NCBI GenBank assembly: GCA_963755915.1 | Contig: CAVWLP010000002.1 | Coordinates: 1,280,001-1,344,000, forward strand | Reading direction: 5' to 3' | Length of the DNA stretch: 64,000 nucleotides | Source: an uncultured Phycisphaerales bacterium | Lineage (GTDB): Bacteria; Planctomycetota; Phycisphaerae; Tepidisphaerales; Tepidisphaeraceae | Part shown: piece after piece, positions 36,067-47,181 of the stretch | Numbering within the stretch: position 1 is the first letter of the stretch | How the letters are laid out: every line of letters begins with the position of its first letter | Position numbers and translations under genes: made by a program | Notes under the pieces: generated by a model | Told to the model about the DNA's origin: nothing | The model's input: the letters and a program-made list of their open reading frames with translations, nothing else | The model's database searches: none

Positions 36067-39000
36067 TTTTCGCTCTTGTTGAAATAGGCCTGAAGGGGTT
36101 TTACGCCCCACCCACCGGACTGGAGGGCCTTAATGGCGCGTGCGGCGGCGCTGCCGGCGGTGATAGTGGTGAGGATGGGAATCCGGCTGGCCACGGCCAT
36201 GGCGCGGATTTTTCCTTCATCGGTCGTCGGGCCTTTTTTGGTGGGGGTGTTGATGATGAGTTGAACCTGGCCGTTTTTGATGAAGTCGTTGATGTTGGGG
36301 CGTCCCTCCGCCAGTTTGCTGATGCGGGTGGCGGGGATTTCTTCTTTCGAGAGGACATCGATGAGTGCCGGCCGTGGCAAGGATTTTGAACCCCATCTCG
36401 GCGAAGGCTTTGGCAATAGGGACGGCCGACTTTTTGTCTTCGTTGCGAACGGAGATAAAGACGTTGCCGGTGGTCGGCAAAATCGTTCCGGCGGCGATCT
36501 GGCTTTTGGCGAAGGCGTGGGGGAAGTCGGCGTCGATGCCCATGACTTCGCCGGTAGAGCGCATTTCGGGTCCGAGAATGATGTCCACGCCGGGGAATTT
36601 GCTGAAGGGGAAGACGACTTCTTTCACCGACGTGTGTTTGGGAGGCGTCGGCTCGGTGACGCCCAGCTCGGCGAGGGATTTTCCGGCCATCACTTTCGCG
36701 GCGATCTTGGCAAAGGGCTGGCCCTGGGCCTTGGAGACGAAAGGTACCGTGCGGCTGGCGCGGGGGTTGACCTCGATGATAAAGATTTCGCCGTCCTTGA
36801 TGGCGTACTGGACGTTCATCAGGCCGCGCACGCGCAGGGCTTTGGCGAGGGCGCGGGTCTGTTCTTTCATCTTTTCGATAATTTCTTTCGAGAGCGAGTA
36901 AGGGGGCAGGGCGCAGGCGCTGTCGCCGCTGTGGATGCCGGCTTCTTCGATGTGCTCCATGACGCCGATGACGATGGCCTGGCCGGCTTCGGATTTGCCG
37001 GCAGGGTCGAAATCGGCGAGGCAGTCGACGTCGCATTCGGTGGCGGCGTCGAGGAATTTGTCGACGAGGATCGGGGCGTTGGCGATGGTCGAGGCGTCGA
37101 CGGCATTGGCCATGTAGTAGTTGAGCTGCTCCTCATCGGAGACGATTTCCATGGCTCGTCCGCCGAGGACGAAGCTGGGGCGGACGAGGACCGGGTAGCC
37201 GATCCGGCGGGCGATTTCGCGGGCTTCGGAAAGGGAGCGGGCGATGCCGTTTGCGGGTTGGCGGAGGTTTAGCTTTTGGACGAGAGAGCGGAACTGTTCG
37301 CGGTCGCCGGCGGCGTCGAGAGAGTCGACGGTGGTGCCGAGGATGGGGACGCCGGCTTCTTTTAGGCCGCGGGCCAGATTTAGGGGCGTCTGTCCGCCGA
37401 ACTGGACGATTACTCCTTTAACCAGGTTTTGTCGGCCCTCACCCCGACCCTCTCCTCTTCGAGCCTGAGCCTCAGAGCCGAAGGCCGGAGTACCGGGCGA
37501 GGGGGAGAATTCGGAGAAGGGGCGTCCGTTGAGGCGCTCGCAGACGTTTAAAATGTCTTCGTGAGTCAGGGGTTCGAAGAAGAGGAGGTTGCTGGTGTCG
37601 TAGTCGGTGCTGACGGTTTCGGGGTTGGAGTTGATCATCACCGATTCGAGGCCGAGTTCTTTCATGGCAAAGGCGGCTTGCACGCAGCAGTAATCGAATT
37701 CGATTCCCTGGCCGATGCGGTTCGGGCCGCCGCCGATGATGATGACTTTGGGTTTATCGGTGAGGCGGATTTCGTCTTCGCAACTTACCGATTGCCGATT
37801 GCCGATTGCCGATTTAAACGGTGTTTCATAGGTTGAATAGTAATAAGGTGTCGAGGCTTCGAATTCGGCGGCGCAGGTATCGACGAGTTTGTAGACGGGG
37901 CGAATTTGTTGGACATAAAGAGTGCTACTGATCTCGATGGGGTGAGAGTTTGAGATCTGAGCAAGTTGGAAATTGCTGTATCCAAGCTGTTTGGCTTTTC
38001 TCAGGAACTCGCACATTTCCTTTTCGGAAATGTCGGATGCACAAGCGTCGCCGGTGACGTGCAGGTGGATTCGATGGTTGTTGTTCCATAGTTCTTTTTC
38101 GAAATCCACTAGCTCCTTCATCTGGGCAAGAAACCACTTGTCGATTTTGGTGAGGTCGTAGATTCGATCGATGCTCCACCCCATCTTCATCGCATAGCGG
38201 ATGTAATAGAGCCGGCCCTGGCTGGGGACGGCGAGCTTGCGGCGGAGTTTTTCCTCAGGCACCGGCCATTCAGCGGGTTTGCCGCGCTGGGCGTTTAGCC
38301 AATTGTCGTTGGCATCCAAGCCGAAGCCGAAGCGTTTGACCTCCATGGAGCGAATCCCTTTTTGCAGGGCTTCCTTAAACGTGCGGCCGATGGCCATGGC
38401 TTCGCCGACACTTTTCATCTGCGTGGTGAGGGTTTCATCCGCATCCGGGAATTTTTCGAAGGTCCACCGCGGAATCTTAATCACGCAATAATCGATCGTG
38501 GGCTCGAAGCAAGCGGAGGTGTAATAGTCCCACTTGCCATCTTTGTTTTTCTTGCTGGTGATGTAGTTGGGGAGCTCATCTAGCGTGTAGCCTACGGCCA
38601 GTTTCGCGGCCAGTTTGGCAATGGGGTAGCCGGTTGCTTTAGAGGCGAGGGCGGAAGAGCGCGAGACGCGGGGGTTCATCTCCACGACGATCATGTCGCC
38701 GTCGTCGGGGTTGATGGCGAATTGGATGTTGCTGCCGCCGGTTTCGACGCCGACAGCGCGAATCACCGCAATGCTGGCGTCGCGCATCCGTTGGTATTCT
38801 TTATCTGTGAGCGTTTGGATGGGGGCGACGGTGATGCTGTCGCCGGTGTGGACGCCCATCGGGTCGACGTTTTCGATGGAGCAGATGATGACAGCGTTGT
38901 CGTTCTTGTCGCGCATCACCTCCATCTCGAATTCTTTCCAGCCGAGGACGGATTGCTCGATGAGGACCTCGTTGACGGGGCTGGCGTCGATGCCGCGCTG

Positions 39001-39591
39001 GACGATCTGATCGAATTCCTCGATGTTGTAGGCGATTCCGCCCCCGGTGCCGCCGAGGGTGAAGGCCGGGCGGATGATGAGGGGAAGCCCGATGTCGGCG
39101 AGGACTTTTTTGCCTTCTTCCAGCGTGTGGACCACGCCGCTGCGGGGGACTTTGAGGCCGATCTGGATCATGAGGTCTTTGAAGACCTGTCGGTCTTCGC
39201 CGCGGAAGATGGCCTGGCGGTTGGCGCCGATCATTTCTACGCCGTATTTCGTGAAGATTCCCTTGTCAAAGCAGGCCATTGCGGTGTTGAGGCCGGTCTG
39301 TCCGCCGAGGGTGGGGAGGACGGCGTCGACCGGCGTGGGCCCCTTGGATTCGAGCTCGAGGATTTTTTCGACTGCTTCGGGGGTGATGGGCTCGATGTAG
39401 GTGGCGTCCGCGAATTCCGGGTCGGTCATGATCGTGGCGGGGTTGCTGTTGATCAGGACGATTCGGTAGCCCTCTTCCTTGAGAGCACGGCAGGCCTGGA
39501 CGCCGGAATAGTCGAATTCGCACCCCTGGCCGATGACGATGGGGCCGGAGCCGATGATGAGAATGCAGCGGATGTCGGTGCGTTTGGGCAT
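36063..39591 (-). CDS. carB: Carbamoyl-phosphate synthase large subunit with several insertions; frameshift near 36365 (probable sequencing error)
   Basis: 'MPKRTDI', '[17 protein letters not shown]', '[18 protein letters not shown]', '[16 protein letters not shown]', '[12 protein letters not shown]'; MGS domain completed in ORF 36063-36416. Confidence 0.97.
37435..37507 (-). repeat. Family A element with nested 30-nt module, translated inside carB ([24 protein letters not shown])
   Basis: CCCTCACCCCGACCCTCTCC-[TCTTCGAGCCTGAGCCTCAGAGCCGAAGGC]-CGGAGTACCGGGCGAGGGG; carB frame open through it. Confidence 0.9.
37787..37815 (-). repeat. Family C heptamer array translated inside carB (SAIGNRQS)
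   Basis: CCGATTG repeated three times plus CCGATTT. Confidence 0.85.
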
Positions 39592-39632
39592 TGGAAAATC
39601 GGGGCGTAATTTACGGGGGGGAGGGGGAATGA

Positions 39633-39710
39633 CAATCCCGAATGCCGATTGCCAAATGCCGAATGAAATACGCGACTTTTGTCTATTCATTCGGCATTCG
39701 GCATTCGACT
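39633..39710. repeat. Family C inverted heptamer array, intergenic
   Basis: AATGCCG-ATTGCCA-AATGCCG-AATGAA...TTCATT-CGGCATT-CGGCATT-CG. Confidence 0.85.
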
Positions 39711-39726
39711 TTCTATACTTTCCGTC

Positions 39727-40731
39727 ATGCTTCACTTCGCAATTGTAGGCTGCGGGAAAATGGGGCACTTGCATGCCCAGGAACTTGGGCGGACTCCCGG
39801 CGTCCAAGTGGTGGCGGTGGTCGATCCGGTGACGAGCCGGACGGCGGAATTTCGGGAAAAATATTTTCCCAGGGCGAAGGAGTTCGCCGCCATCGAGGCC
39901 ATGCTGGCCGATCGGAGCGTGAAGGTCGATGCGGTTTGCCTCGTGACGCCGCATTCATTGCATTACCCGCACGCGAAGATGGCGCTGGAGCATGGGGTGC
40001 ATGTGCTGGTCGAAAAGCCGATGGTGACGAATTCCAACGCGGCTTACGATCTTTGGAGAACGGTGAAATCCACGGGGAAGCTGCTGGCGATTGCCTATCA
40101 GTCCCCCTATACGGATGAATTCGCACATCTGGCGAAGATGCGCGAGCGCGGGGAGTGGGGCAAGGTGCAGACGATCAGCGGGTGGCTGAGCCAGAACTGG
40201 CGGAAGGGAACCTCCGGAACCTGGCGGCAGGATCCGGAAATTTCCGGGGGCGGGCAGATGTATGACAGCGGGGCGCACCTCTTTAACGCGGTGATGTGGC
40301 TGATGAACGATCCCGTAGTGGAGGCGGCATGTTTTTACGATCGCTGCGGGACGCCGGTGGATATCAATGGGGTGGCGATCGCGAAGTTCAGCAATGGGGC
40401 GCTGGGGAGTTTTTGCGTGGGGGGGAATTGTCCGCCGTTCCGGACGGATATTCAGATCCAGACAGATCGGATGATGATTTGTGTGGATCAGTATGGGAAG
40501 ACGCTGGAGATTTTTGGGGCGGATGGAAAACGGGTGGAGACGCATGTGAAAAGTCAAAGTGGGGTGCCGGGAACGCCGCATTTGAATTTGGTGAACGCGA
40601 TATTGGGCAAGGAGAAATTGCGGGCGGGGGCGCGGTTTGGGGTTTTGCTGAGTGCGCTGATGGATGCGATGTATCAGTCGGCGGATGCGCGGCAGATGAT
40701 TCGCGTGGAGCCGGTGCCGGGGGAGATTTAA
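39727..40731 (+). CDS. Gfo/Idh/MocA family oxidoreductase
   Basis: 'AIVGCGKMG', 'VTPHSLH', 'HVLVEKPM', '[11 protein letters not shown]'. Confidence 0.92.
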   Translation: MLHFAIVGCGKMGHLHAQELGRTPGVQVVAVVDPVTSRTAEFREKYFPRAKEFAAIEAMLADRSVKVDAVCLVTPHSLHYPHAKMALEHGVHVLVEKPMVTNSNAAYDLWRTVKSTGKLLAIAYQSPYTDEFAHLAKMRERGEWGKVQTISGWLSQNWRKGTSGTWRQDPEISGGGQMYDSGAHLFNAVMWLMNDPVVEAACFYDRCGTPVDINGVAIAKFSNGALGSFCVGGNCPPFRTDIQIQTDRMMICVDQYGKTLEIFGADGKRVETHVKSQSGVPGTPHLNLVNAILGKEKLRAGARFGVLLSALMDAMYQSADARQMIRVEPVPGEI

Positions 40732-40757
40732 GGGGTACAATGCCGGCGGGAGATGAG

Positions 40758-42076
40758 ATGGGACTGAGCCGGATTGTAGTTGTGATTTTGCTGGTGCTTG
40801 CCGGCGCCGCGTGGGCCGATTCGGCGGCGACGCAACCGGCTTCGCCCGAAGTTGTGGCGCTCGTGCGGGATCTCACCAGCGATCAATTTTCTGTGCGGGA
40901 ATCGGCGCAGAAGGAGTTGGAGGGGATGGGGGATGCGGTGGTGCCTCAGCTTCAGGGGCTGGTTGGGGGAAATCTTTCGGGGGAGGCGCGGCGCGGATTG
41001 GGGTGATCATCGGCAGGATTCACGAGGAGCGGGAGTTTGGGGGGTCGATTATCACGATTCATTGTCATGACGCGCCTCTGGAAAATGTCCTGCGGGATTT
41101 TGCCCAGCAGGCGGGTGGGGCGGATCTGGGGCTCGATCGGCCGCAGATTCAGGATTATGTGAATTCGCATAAAATTTCTCTGGATCTGGATCATGTGGAT
41201 TTCTGGACGGCCCTTCAGGCAATCGAGGATGGGAGCGGCCTGCACATCCGGCAGGATACGAATGGACAGATGATCCTCGACAACATCGGGTTCTGGTTTG
41301 GGCAGATGGGGGATCGGGCCCATTCGTGCATCGCCGGGCCGTGTATGGTTTGCTGGCAATCGAATGACTGGCATATGCAAGCTTCGCCCAAGGGCGTGAC
41401 GAGTTTTTTGAATGTGCAATTGATGGCGATGGTGGAGCCGAAGATCCGACTCAGCGGGGGGCAGCAGGGGGAGTGGATCAAGCAGTGCGTGGACGAGAAT
41501 GGGCATTCGCTGGTGGCGGAGGGAGTTTCGGGGTTTATGGGGGGAAGACAGTGGTGGGTGCCGCTGTCGGTGAATCTGCGGGTGTTTCCGGGGATGGGAA
41601 CGAAGATCGCCCGGATGACGGGGGAGCTATCGTTTAACGTTCAGGTGAAATCGGAGAGGATTGAGGTGGACAATCTGCTGACCGCGCACAATGAGACGAG
41701 GGCCGTCGCCGGGGGAACGCTGATCGTGGAGGATTGCAAGAATACGAATGGGCAATATCAGTTGAGATTGCAGGTGATGGGGCCGCCGAATTCATCGTTT
41801 GCGGCGATGGCGCAGAACTTCATGGCCACTTCGATGCAGGTGCAGGACGTGCTGGGGCAGCCGCTTCAACTGATCACCGGAGGGAGGACGAACGATGTGA
41901 ATGGAATGTGGTCGATATTTTTGGGATATCCGGCCAACCCCCCGGCGCGTCCACCGCAGCGGCTGGTGTGGGATATCACGACGGAGAGCAAGCGGATTAC
42001 GGTGCCGTTTGAGCTGAAGGACCTGGACCTGCTGCCGACGGAAGTGATTAACGGGCAGGGGCCCAAATCGAAATAG
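40758..42076 (+). CDS. Secreted hypothetical protein, paralog of the next gene; frameshift near 40993 (probable sequencing error)
   Basis: Signal peptide, 'ATQP', 'LTSDQFSVRESAQKEL' then 'VEPKI', 'CVDENGHSL', 'IARMTGELSF', 'VPFELKDL'. Confidence 0.75.
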
Positions 42077-42084
42077 ACGGGGTT

Positions 42085-43392
42085 ATGAAGAGATTTCTGG
42101 CGGGCATTTTCGCGGTGTTTGTGTGCACGGGGATTTGCGCGGGGCAGGATGCCTCGACACAGTCGGACCAAGCGCCGCCGGCCGAATCAATTTCCAGATT
42201 GATTTCCCAGCTCAGCGATCCGGCGTTTGCGGTTCGGGAGGAGGCGGAAAAGGCGCTGACGGCCATGGGTCCCGGGATCGAGGGCCAGCTTCGGGACGCC
42301 GAGCGGCAAAATCTGCCCGATGAGACGCGGGCAAGGCTCGAGGAAATCATCGGGCGATTCGAGGAGGCGACTTCGCTGCACGCCACGATCACGATGCATT
42401 ACAAGAATGCGCCGGTGTCGCAGGTGGTCGAGGATTTTGCCAATCAGGCGGGGTCGCGAATGGGGATCGATGATCCAATGGTCGTGAAGTTCATGAGTAA
42501 AGGGACGACCAGTATCGACATTGACGATGCGGATTTCTGGAAAGCGCTGCGGCAGGTTTGCAGGATGACGCACCTGGGGGCTGCGGTAGGGGCGAGCGGG
42601 GTCGAGCTGACGGCCTTTGGGCGAGGTGGAATGCAAATCGATATTTTTAACCGTCACACGGTCGATACGGGAGGGCTATTGATCGTGCCGCAGGGGCTGC
42701 AGGAATTGAAGCGGATCGATTGGTCGTCGGACAAAACATCCAGGATGATGCCGCTCACGATGATGGTTTTTGCCGAGCCGAAGATGCATGTGATCGGGAT
42801 GGTCGACCAGAACTGGATGAAGGAATGCGTGGACGACAAGGGGAACTCGCTGATGACGACTCAGGCGCAGCGGCGATTTTTTCCTGGGTTCATGCTGCAG
42901 AGGGGATTTCAGCAGTGGGGGTGGAATTTGGGGGGGATGCTGAACATGACCGCGGACATGGGCAGCGAGATCGCCCGGCTGCGGGGGGAGCTGAGGTTTT
43001 CGGCCCAGACGAAGGGGGCGACGCTGGAGATCGACGACATCTTGAGCCAGCAGCCGGCCTCGACACGCGACGGAACGGGATTGATCACGCTTTTGAACTG
43101 CACGAAGATCGGGATTAATTACCGGCTAACGGTGCGTTTTGAGGGGGTTACGATGAACTCGCCCGAATTTTTAGACTTCGCGAACTCGGCGAAGTTGGTG
43201 GACGATGCGGGGGGCAGCGCGATGCGGCAGAACTATCTTCCGCCCCGGCCGTTTCCGCGTGGGTTTGACGTGGACATTGTCTTTCAGCCGTCGGATATCA
43301 CGCCAACGAAATTGAAGTGGGAGAGGGTTTTGGAGCAGCAGAAGTTTGTCGTTCCGTTTGAGATGGATAAGTTGCCGTTGCCGGGATGGTAG
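42085..43392 (+). CDS. Secreted hypothetical protein, paralog of the previous gene
   Basis: 'LSDPAFAVREEAEKAL', 'AEPKM', 'CVDDKGNSL', 'IARLRGELRF', 'VPFEMDKLPLP'. Confidence 0.8.
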   Translation: MKRFLAGIFAVFVCTGICAGQDASTQSDQAPPAESISRLISQLSDPAFAVREEAEKALTAMGPGIEGQLRDAERQNLPDETRARLEEIIGRFEEATSLHATITMHYKNAPVSQVVEDFANQAGSRMGIDDPMVVKFMSKGTTSIDIDDADFWKALRQVCRMTHLGAAVGASGVELTAFGRGGMQIDIFNRHTVDTGGLLIVPQGLQELKRIDWSSDKTSRMMPLTMMVFAEPKMHVIGMVDQNWMKECVDDKGNSLMTTQAQRRFFPGFMLQRGFQQWGWNLGGMLNMTADMGSEIARLRGELRFSAQTKGATLEIDDILSQQPASTRDGTGLITLLNCTKIGINYRLTVRFEGVTMNSPEFLDFANSAKLVDDAGGSAMRQNYLPPRPFPRGFDVDIVFQPSDITPTKLKWERVLEQQKFVVPFEMDKLPLPGW

Positions 43393-43394
43393 GT

Positions 43395-44753
43395 TCAGGG
43401 ATTTGGAGCAAGCTGGCGCAGGGCGGCGGCAACGGCGTCGATAACGGGGGCCCACTGTGAAAGAGCGGGTTGGCGGAAAAGGCGCATGGTCGGGTACCAG
43501 GGGGAATCAGAGCGATCGAGGAGCCAGCGCCAGTCGGGGACATAGGCAAGCAGAAGCCACGTGGGTTTGCCCAGGGCGCCGGCGAGGTGGGCGATGGAAG
43601 TGTCCACCGCGATTACCAGGTCGAGGTTTTGGATGAGGGCGGCCGTTTCGTCGAAATCTGTCAGTTGGCTGGTATGGTCGATGAGTGTCAGAGTCTCGGG
43701 AGGATTGGAAGCGCGATTTTTCTGAAGTGAGTAGAAATCGACGGCGGGGATTTGGGCGAGTGGGGCAAGTAAGGCGAGGTCGAGCGAGCGGAGGCGGTCG
43801 TTGGGGTGGTTGGGATTGCCGGCCCAGGTGAGGCCGACGCGCCTGCGACTGGTGCGCGGGCCGAGGGTGTGTGCCCATTTTTCCACAAGGATAGGGTCGG
43901 CGGTCAGGTAGGGGATGCCGGCGGGGATTGTTGTCAGGCCGGTGCGGAAGAGGAGAGGGAGATCAAGCAGTGAGCAGTTGCTGTTGAAGGGCGGGTTGGG
44001 GCTGCCGACGGTGGCGACGGTGGTTTGAGGGAAGGATCGCTGCAAGAGGCGTGCGAGTTCGGGGGCGCTGCCGAGGATAATGCCCGCGGCACGAGGCGCG
44101 AGATGCGGAACATAACGGACGAACTGGATCGCGTCCCCCATTCCCTGCTCGGGATACAAGAGGATGGTTTTGTCGCGCGGGTCGTCGCCGGTCCAGGCGG
44201 GCTGGGGGATAACCGGCAGCGGGGGATTCAGGACGCGTTTTTTTCGCCAGAGATATTCGCGCATGCCGCGAGGAAAATCGCCGCGGGTGAGCAGGACCAG
44301 CGAAAGGTTCCAGTGGGCGTCGATGAAATCGGGTTTGAGCTGGATCGCTTTTTCGAAACATTTCTCGGCCGCGTCGAGCTGGAGGAGCTCTTTGTAAGAG
44401 ATGCCGAGGTTGTTGTGGGCGTCTGGGATGTTGGGATTCAGTTGGATGGTGCGCTGGAAGTGGGGGATCGATTCGGTGGGAGGTGCGCCGCCGAGGCGCA
44501 GGGCGAAACCGAGGTTGTGGTGGATCTGGGCGGAATTGGGTTGAAGGTGCAGGGCCTGGCGGAGGGCGGTGACGGATTCTGTGGTTTTACCAAGGCGGCC
44601 GAGGACGATGCCGAGGAGGTGGAGGGCATCCGGGTGATTCGGGTTTTGCGACAGAATCTGGCGACAGAGGGACTCGGCTTCGGCGAATTTGCCGGATTGG
44701 GTGAGGGAGGAGGCGGATTGGAGGAGATTTTGGGGATTGGGAGGAGGAGTCAT
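43395..44753 (-). CDS. TPR-repeat protein with C-terminal GT9-like glycosyltransferase domain
   Basis: TPRs; 'EQGMGDAIQFVRY', 'VGLTWAGNP', 'LDLVIAVDTSIAHLAGALG', 'DWRW...SPWYPTMRLFRQ'. Confidence 0.92.
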   Translation of the reverse strand: MTPPPNPQNLLQSASSLTQSGKFAEAESLCRQILSQNPNHPDALHLLGIVLGRLGKTTESVTALRQALHLQPNSAQIHHNLGFALRLGGAPPTESIPHFQRTIQLNPNIPDAHNNLGISYKELLQLDAAEKCFEKAIQLKPDFIDAHWNLSLVLLTRGDFPRGMREYLWRKKRVLNPPLPVIPQPAWTGDDPRDKTILLYPEQGMGDAIQFVRYVPHLAPRAAGIILGSAPELARLLQRSFPQTTVATVGSPNPPFNSNCSLLDLPLLFRTGLTTIPAGIPYLTADPILVEKWAHTLGPRTSRRRVGLTWAGNPNHPNDRLRSLDLALLAPLAQIPAVDFYSLQKNRASNPPETLTLIDHTSQLTDFDETAALIQNLDLVIAVDTSIAHLAGALGKPTWLLLAYVPDWRWLLDRSDSPWYPTMRLFRQPALSQWAPVIDAVAAALRQLAPNP

Positions 44754-45766
44754 TATAAAACTTTTACGCGTTTTCCGGTTTGGGAGGATTCGATGGCGGC
44801 GAACACCATGGCCAGACTTTTGATGTTGTCGTGACATTCGCCCTGGGGAGTTGCGCCGGTCTGCAGGGCGTGGAGGAATTCGCGCAGGGAACCGGCGATT
44901 CCCTGCGGGATTGAGTTGTCGGCGGGGAGGGTGAATTGTTCGGTGGGGTGGACGAAGCCCTCGCTTTTTACGACGCGCTGGGCGATGGGGTCGTGATCGC
45001 CGTCCCAGGTGGCGGCGCCGTGGGGGCCGAAGGCGCGCCAATGGGAATTCCAACTGGTGTTCAGGCCCTGCGCGCACCAGCTTCCCGTGTAGGTAAATTG
45101 AAGGTTGCCGGTCATTTCGAAAACGGCCGTGGCGCTGGAGGCGCCGCTATACCAGCTCCAGGCGGGGTTGAATTCGTGGCAGTAGACGGACACGGGGTCC
45201 TGGCCGGAGATCTGGCGGGCGTTGTCGAAAGTGTGGATGGCCATGTCGAGGATGAGGGGGCTCGGCATCTGTTCGCGGAACCCGCCGAAGTGGGGTGCGA
45301 GGAAAAAATCGCTGGTGAGGATTCCAAGATCGCCGGCGTATTTTCGGATCCCTGCGCGGAATGCGAGCAAGCGCGGGTCGTAGCGGCGGGATTGGCTGAC
45401 CATAAAGAGCTTGCCGGTTTTCTCGCTAGCGCGGACCATTTCACGGGCGTCGGACATGGAGACGGACATCGGTTTCTCGCCGAGCACGGGAACGCCCGTG
45501 GCGAGGGATTGGAGGGTCACCTCCCGATGGGCCTGGGGGATGGTGACGTCAACCACGAAATCCGGGCGGGATTCCTCGAGTGCTTTTCCCAGGTCGTCGT
45601 ACGGTTTCACGGCGGCGAGCTGAAGACTTTCCCTCGCTTCGGCGGCAGCGCCGGCGCGGATGTCCATCCAGGCAGAGAGCTCGACATCGGGGCAATCGCG
45701 GAGATTCTTCGCCCAGGCTTTACCCATTGCACCGGCGCCGACGAGTAGTGCTTTGAACGTCGGCAT
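44753..45766 (-). CDS. Gfo/Idh/MocA family oxidoreductase
   Basis: 'LLVGAGAMG', 'VLGEKPM', 'VSQSRRY', 'DMAIHTFD'. Confidence 0.92.
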   Translation of the reverse strand: MPTFKALLVGAGAMGKAWAKNLRDCPDVELSAWMDIRAGAAAEARESLQLAAVKPYDDLGKALEESRPDFVVDVTIPQAHREVTLQSLATGVPVLGEKPMSVSMSDAREMVRASEKTGKLFMVSQSRRYDPRLLAFRAGIRKYAGDLGILTSDFFLAPHFGGFREQMPSPLILDMAIHTFDNARQISGQDPVSVYCHEFNPAWSWYSGASSATAVFEMTGNLQFTYTGSWCAQGLNTSWNSHWRAFGPHGAATWDGDHDPIAQRVVKSEGFVHPTEQFTLPADNSIPQGIAGSLREFLHALQTGATPQGECHDNIKSLAMVFAAIESSQTGKRVKVL

Positions 45767-45768
45767 GG

Positions 45769-47181
45769 TCAAGGCCTCGTCGCCGGGACGCTTACCGGCT
45801 GGGTGGCAAGGGCGCGAATGGCTTGTTCGGACGGACGCGTCGTCGAGCGCAGCGAATCGTAGGTCAATTCCCCGGCGGTTCTGAGCAGATTGAAGTACGC
45901 GGTCTTCTGCGTGAATTGCTCGGTGGTGAGGGCGAGCTGCGCGGAGAGAAGGGTCGCCTGGGCCTGAAGCACGTCGAGATAGGTTCCATTGCCGTTTTTG
46001 TAGGTCATCTGCGCGAAATAAAACTCGCTGCGGGCCGCGACAACCTGGGTTTCCAGCTCATCCAGCTCGGCGCGGGCGAGGCCGAGATTGATATACGCGG
46101 TTTGCACGTTCTGGTCGATCTGGCGCTTGAGCTGGGACTCGGTGAGGCAGGCAGAGCGATATTGCGACCAGGCGGTGCGAACATTAGCGTTGATCAGGCC
46201 GCCAGTGTAGATCGGGACGTTGAGGTCGAGCAGCGTGCTCCACATGGTGAAGGGTTGGAAGGGGGTTTCGTAGAGGGTCCAGCCGGTGTTCAGGCCGAAG
46301 GTGGGATAGTATTGGCCGAAGGCGACCTCGACGTTAAATCGAGCCGCGCGAACCGCGGCGTGCGCCGCCTGGAGGTCCTGCCGATTGGCCTCCGCCTGCT
46401 CGACCCAATACCCTTCGTAGGTGACCGATTGCGGGGCCTGGAAATCATCCCGCAGCGGATTTTCACGGATCGGGGCGTCGACCAGATACGCGAGCATGGC
46501 GCGGCCGGTCAGCACATCCGCCTGCGACTGAAGGAGCGTCACACGCGTCTGCGACGCCTGCGAAAAGGCCTGGTCGACGTCGAGCTTGGCGGCCGAGCCG
46601 ACCTTGAATTCCTCCTCCAGGGTCTGGACGTTTTTGTCCTGGGCTTGCAGGGAGTTCGCCAGGACTTCGACGGATTGCTCGCTGGTGAGGATGGCGTAGT
46701 ACGTTTGCACCACGTCGAGAAGAACGGTTTGCTTCAGATCGAAGACAAGCTGCTTCTGCTGCTCGATGGTCTGGTCGGCGGATTTGACGGAGTAGTAATC
46801 GCGAAAGCCGTTGAAGAGGTTCCACTCGCCGGGGGCGCTGGCGGTGAAGTCTTGCGAGTGTGCGGGGAGGACCCCGCCGTTGCTGGCGTAATTCCACCCG
46901 GCGGAGAGGGAAAGATTGGGCAGGAAATTGGCGAAGGCTCTGTCCTTGGCGATGAGGGCCTGGAGATAGTTTTCGCCCTGGAGGGAAAGCTGCTCTTCGT
47001 TCTGGACGGCAAGTTTAACGGCTTCGGTGAGGGTGATGACTTTGTCAGGGGCAATGCGAACGCCGGCGGGCTGGTTGTTGTCGATGAGAGAGCGGTAGGC
47101 GGCGATTTCCTGCTTCTGGTCGGTTGCGCATTGAGCGAGAGCGAGAAGCAGGACCAGTGCCGCGAGGCGCATTTTATTCAT
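45769..47181 (-). CDS. TolC-family outer-membrane efflux lipoprotein
   Basis: Lipoprotein-like signal ending 'LAQC', two OEP-like repeats, 'YKNGNGTYLDVLQAQ'. Confidence 0.88.
   Translation of the reverse strand: MNKMRLAALVLLLALAQCATDQKQEIAAYRSLIDNNQPAGVRIAPDKVITLTEAVKLAVQNEEQLSLQGENYLQALIAKDRAFANFLPNLSLSAGWNYASNGGVLPAHSQDFTASAPGEWNLFNGFRDYYSVKSADQTIEQQKQLVFDLKQTVLLDVVQTYYAILTSEQSVEVLANSLQAQDKNVQTLEEEFKVGSAAKLDVDQAFSQASQTRVTLLQSQADVLTGRAMLAYLVDAPIRENPLRDDFQAPQSVTYEGYWVEQAEANRQDLQAAHAAVRAARFNVEVAFGQYYPTFGLNTGWTLYETPFQPFTMWSTLLDLNVPIYTGGLINANVRTAWSQYRSACLTESQLKRQIDQNVQTAYINLGLARAELDELETQVVAARSEFYFAQMTYKNGNGTYLDVLQAQATLLSAQLALTTEQFTQKTAYFNLLRTAGELTYDSLRSTTRPSEQAIRALATQPVSVPATRP

Noticed and set aside
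36217-36416. carB as a true pseudogene or programmed frameshift
   Set aside because: Single indel with no slippery motif in a core gene, among many similar indels; an assembly error is more likely.
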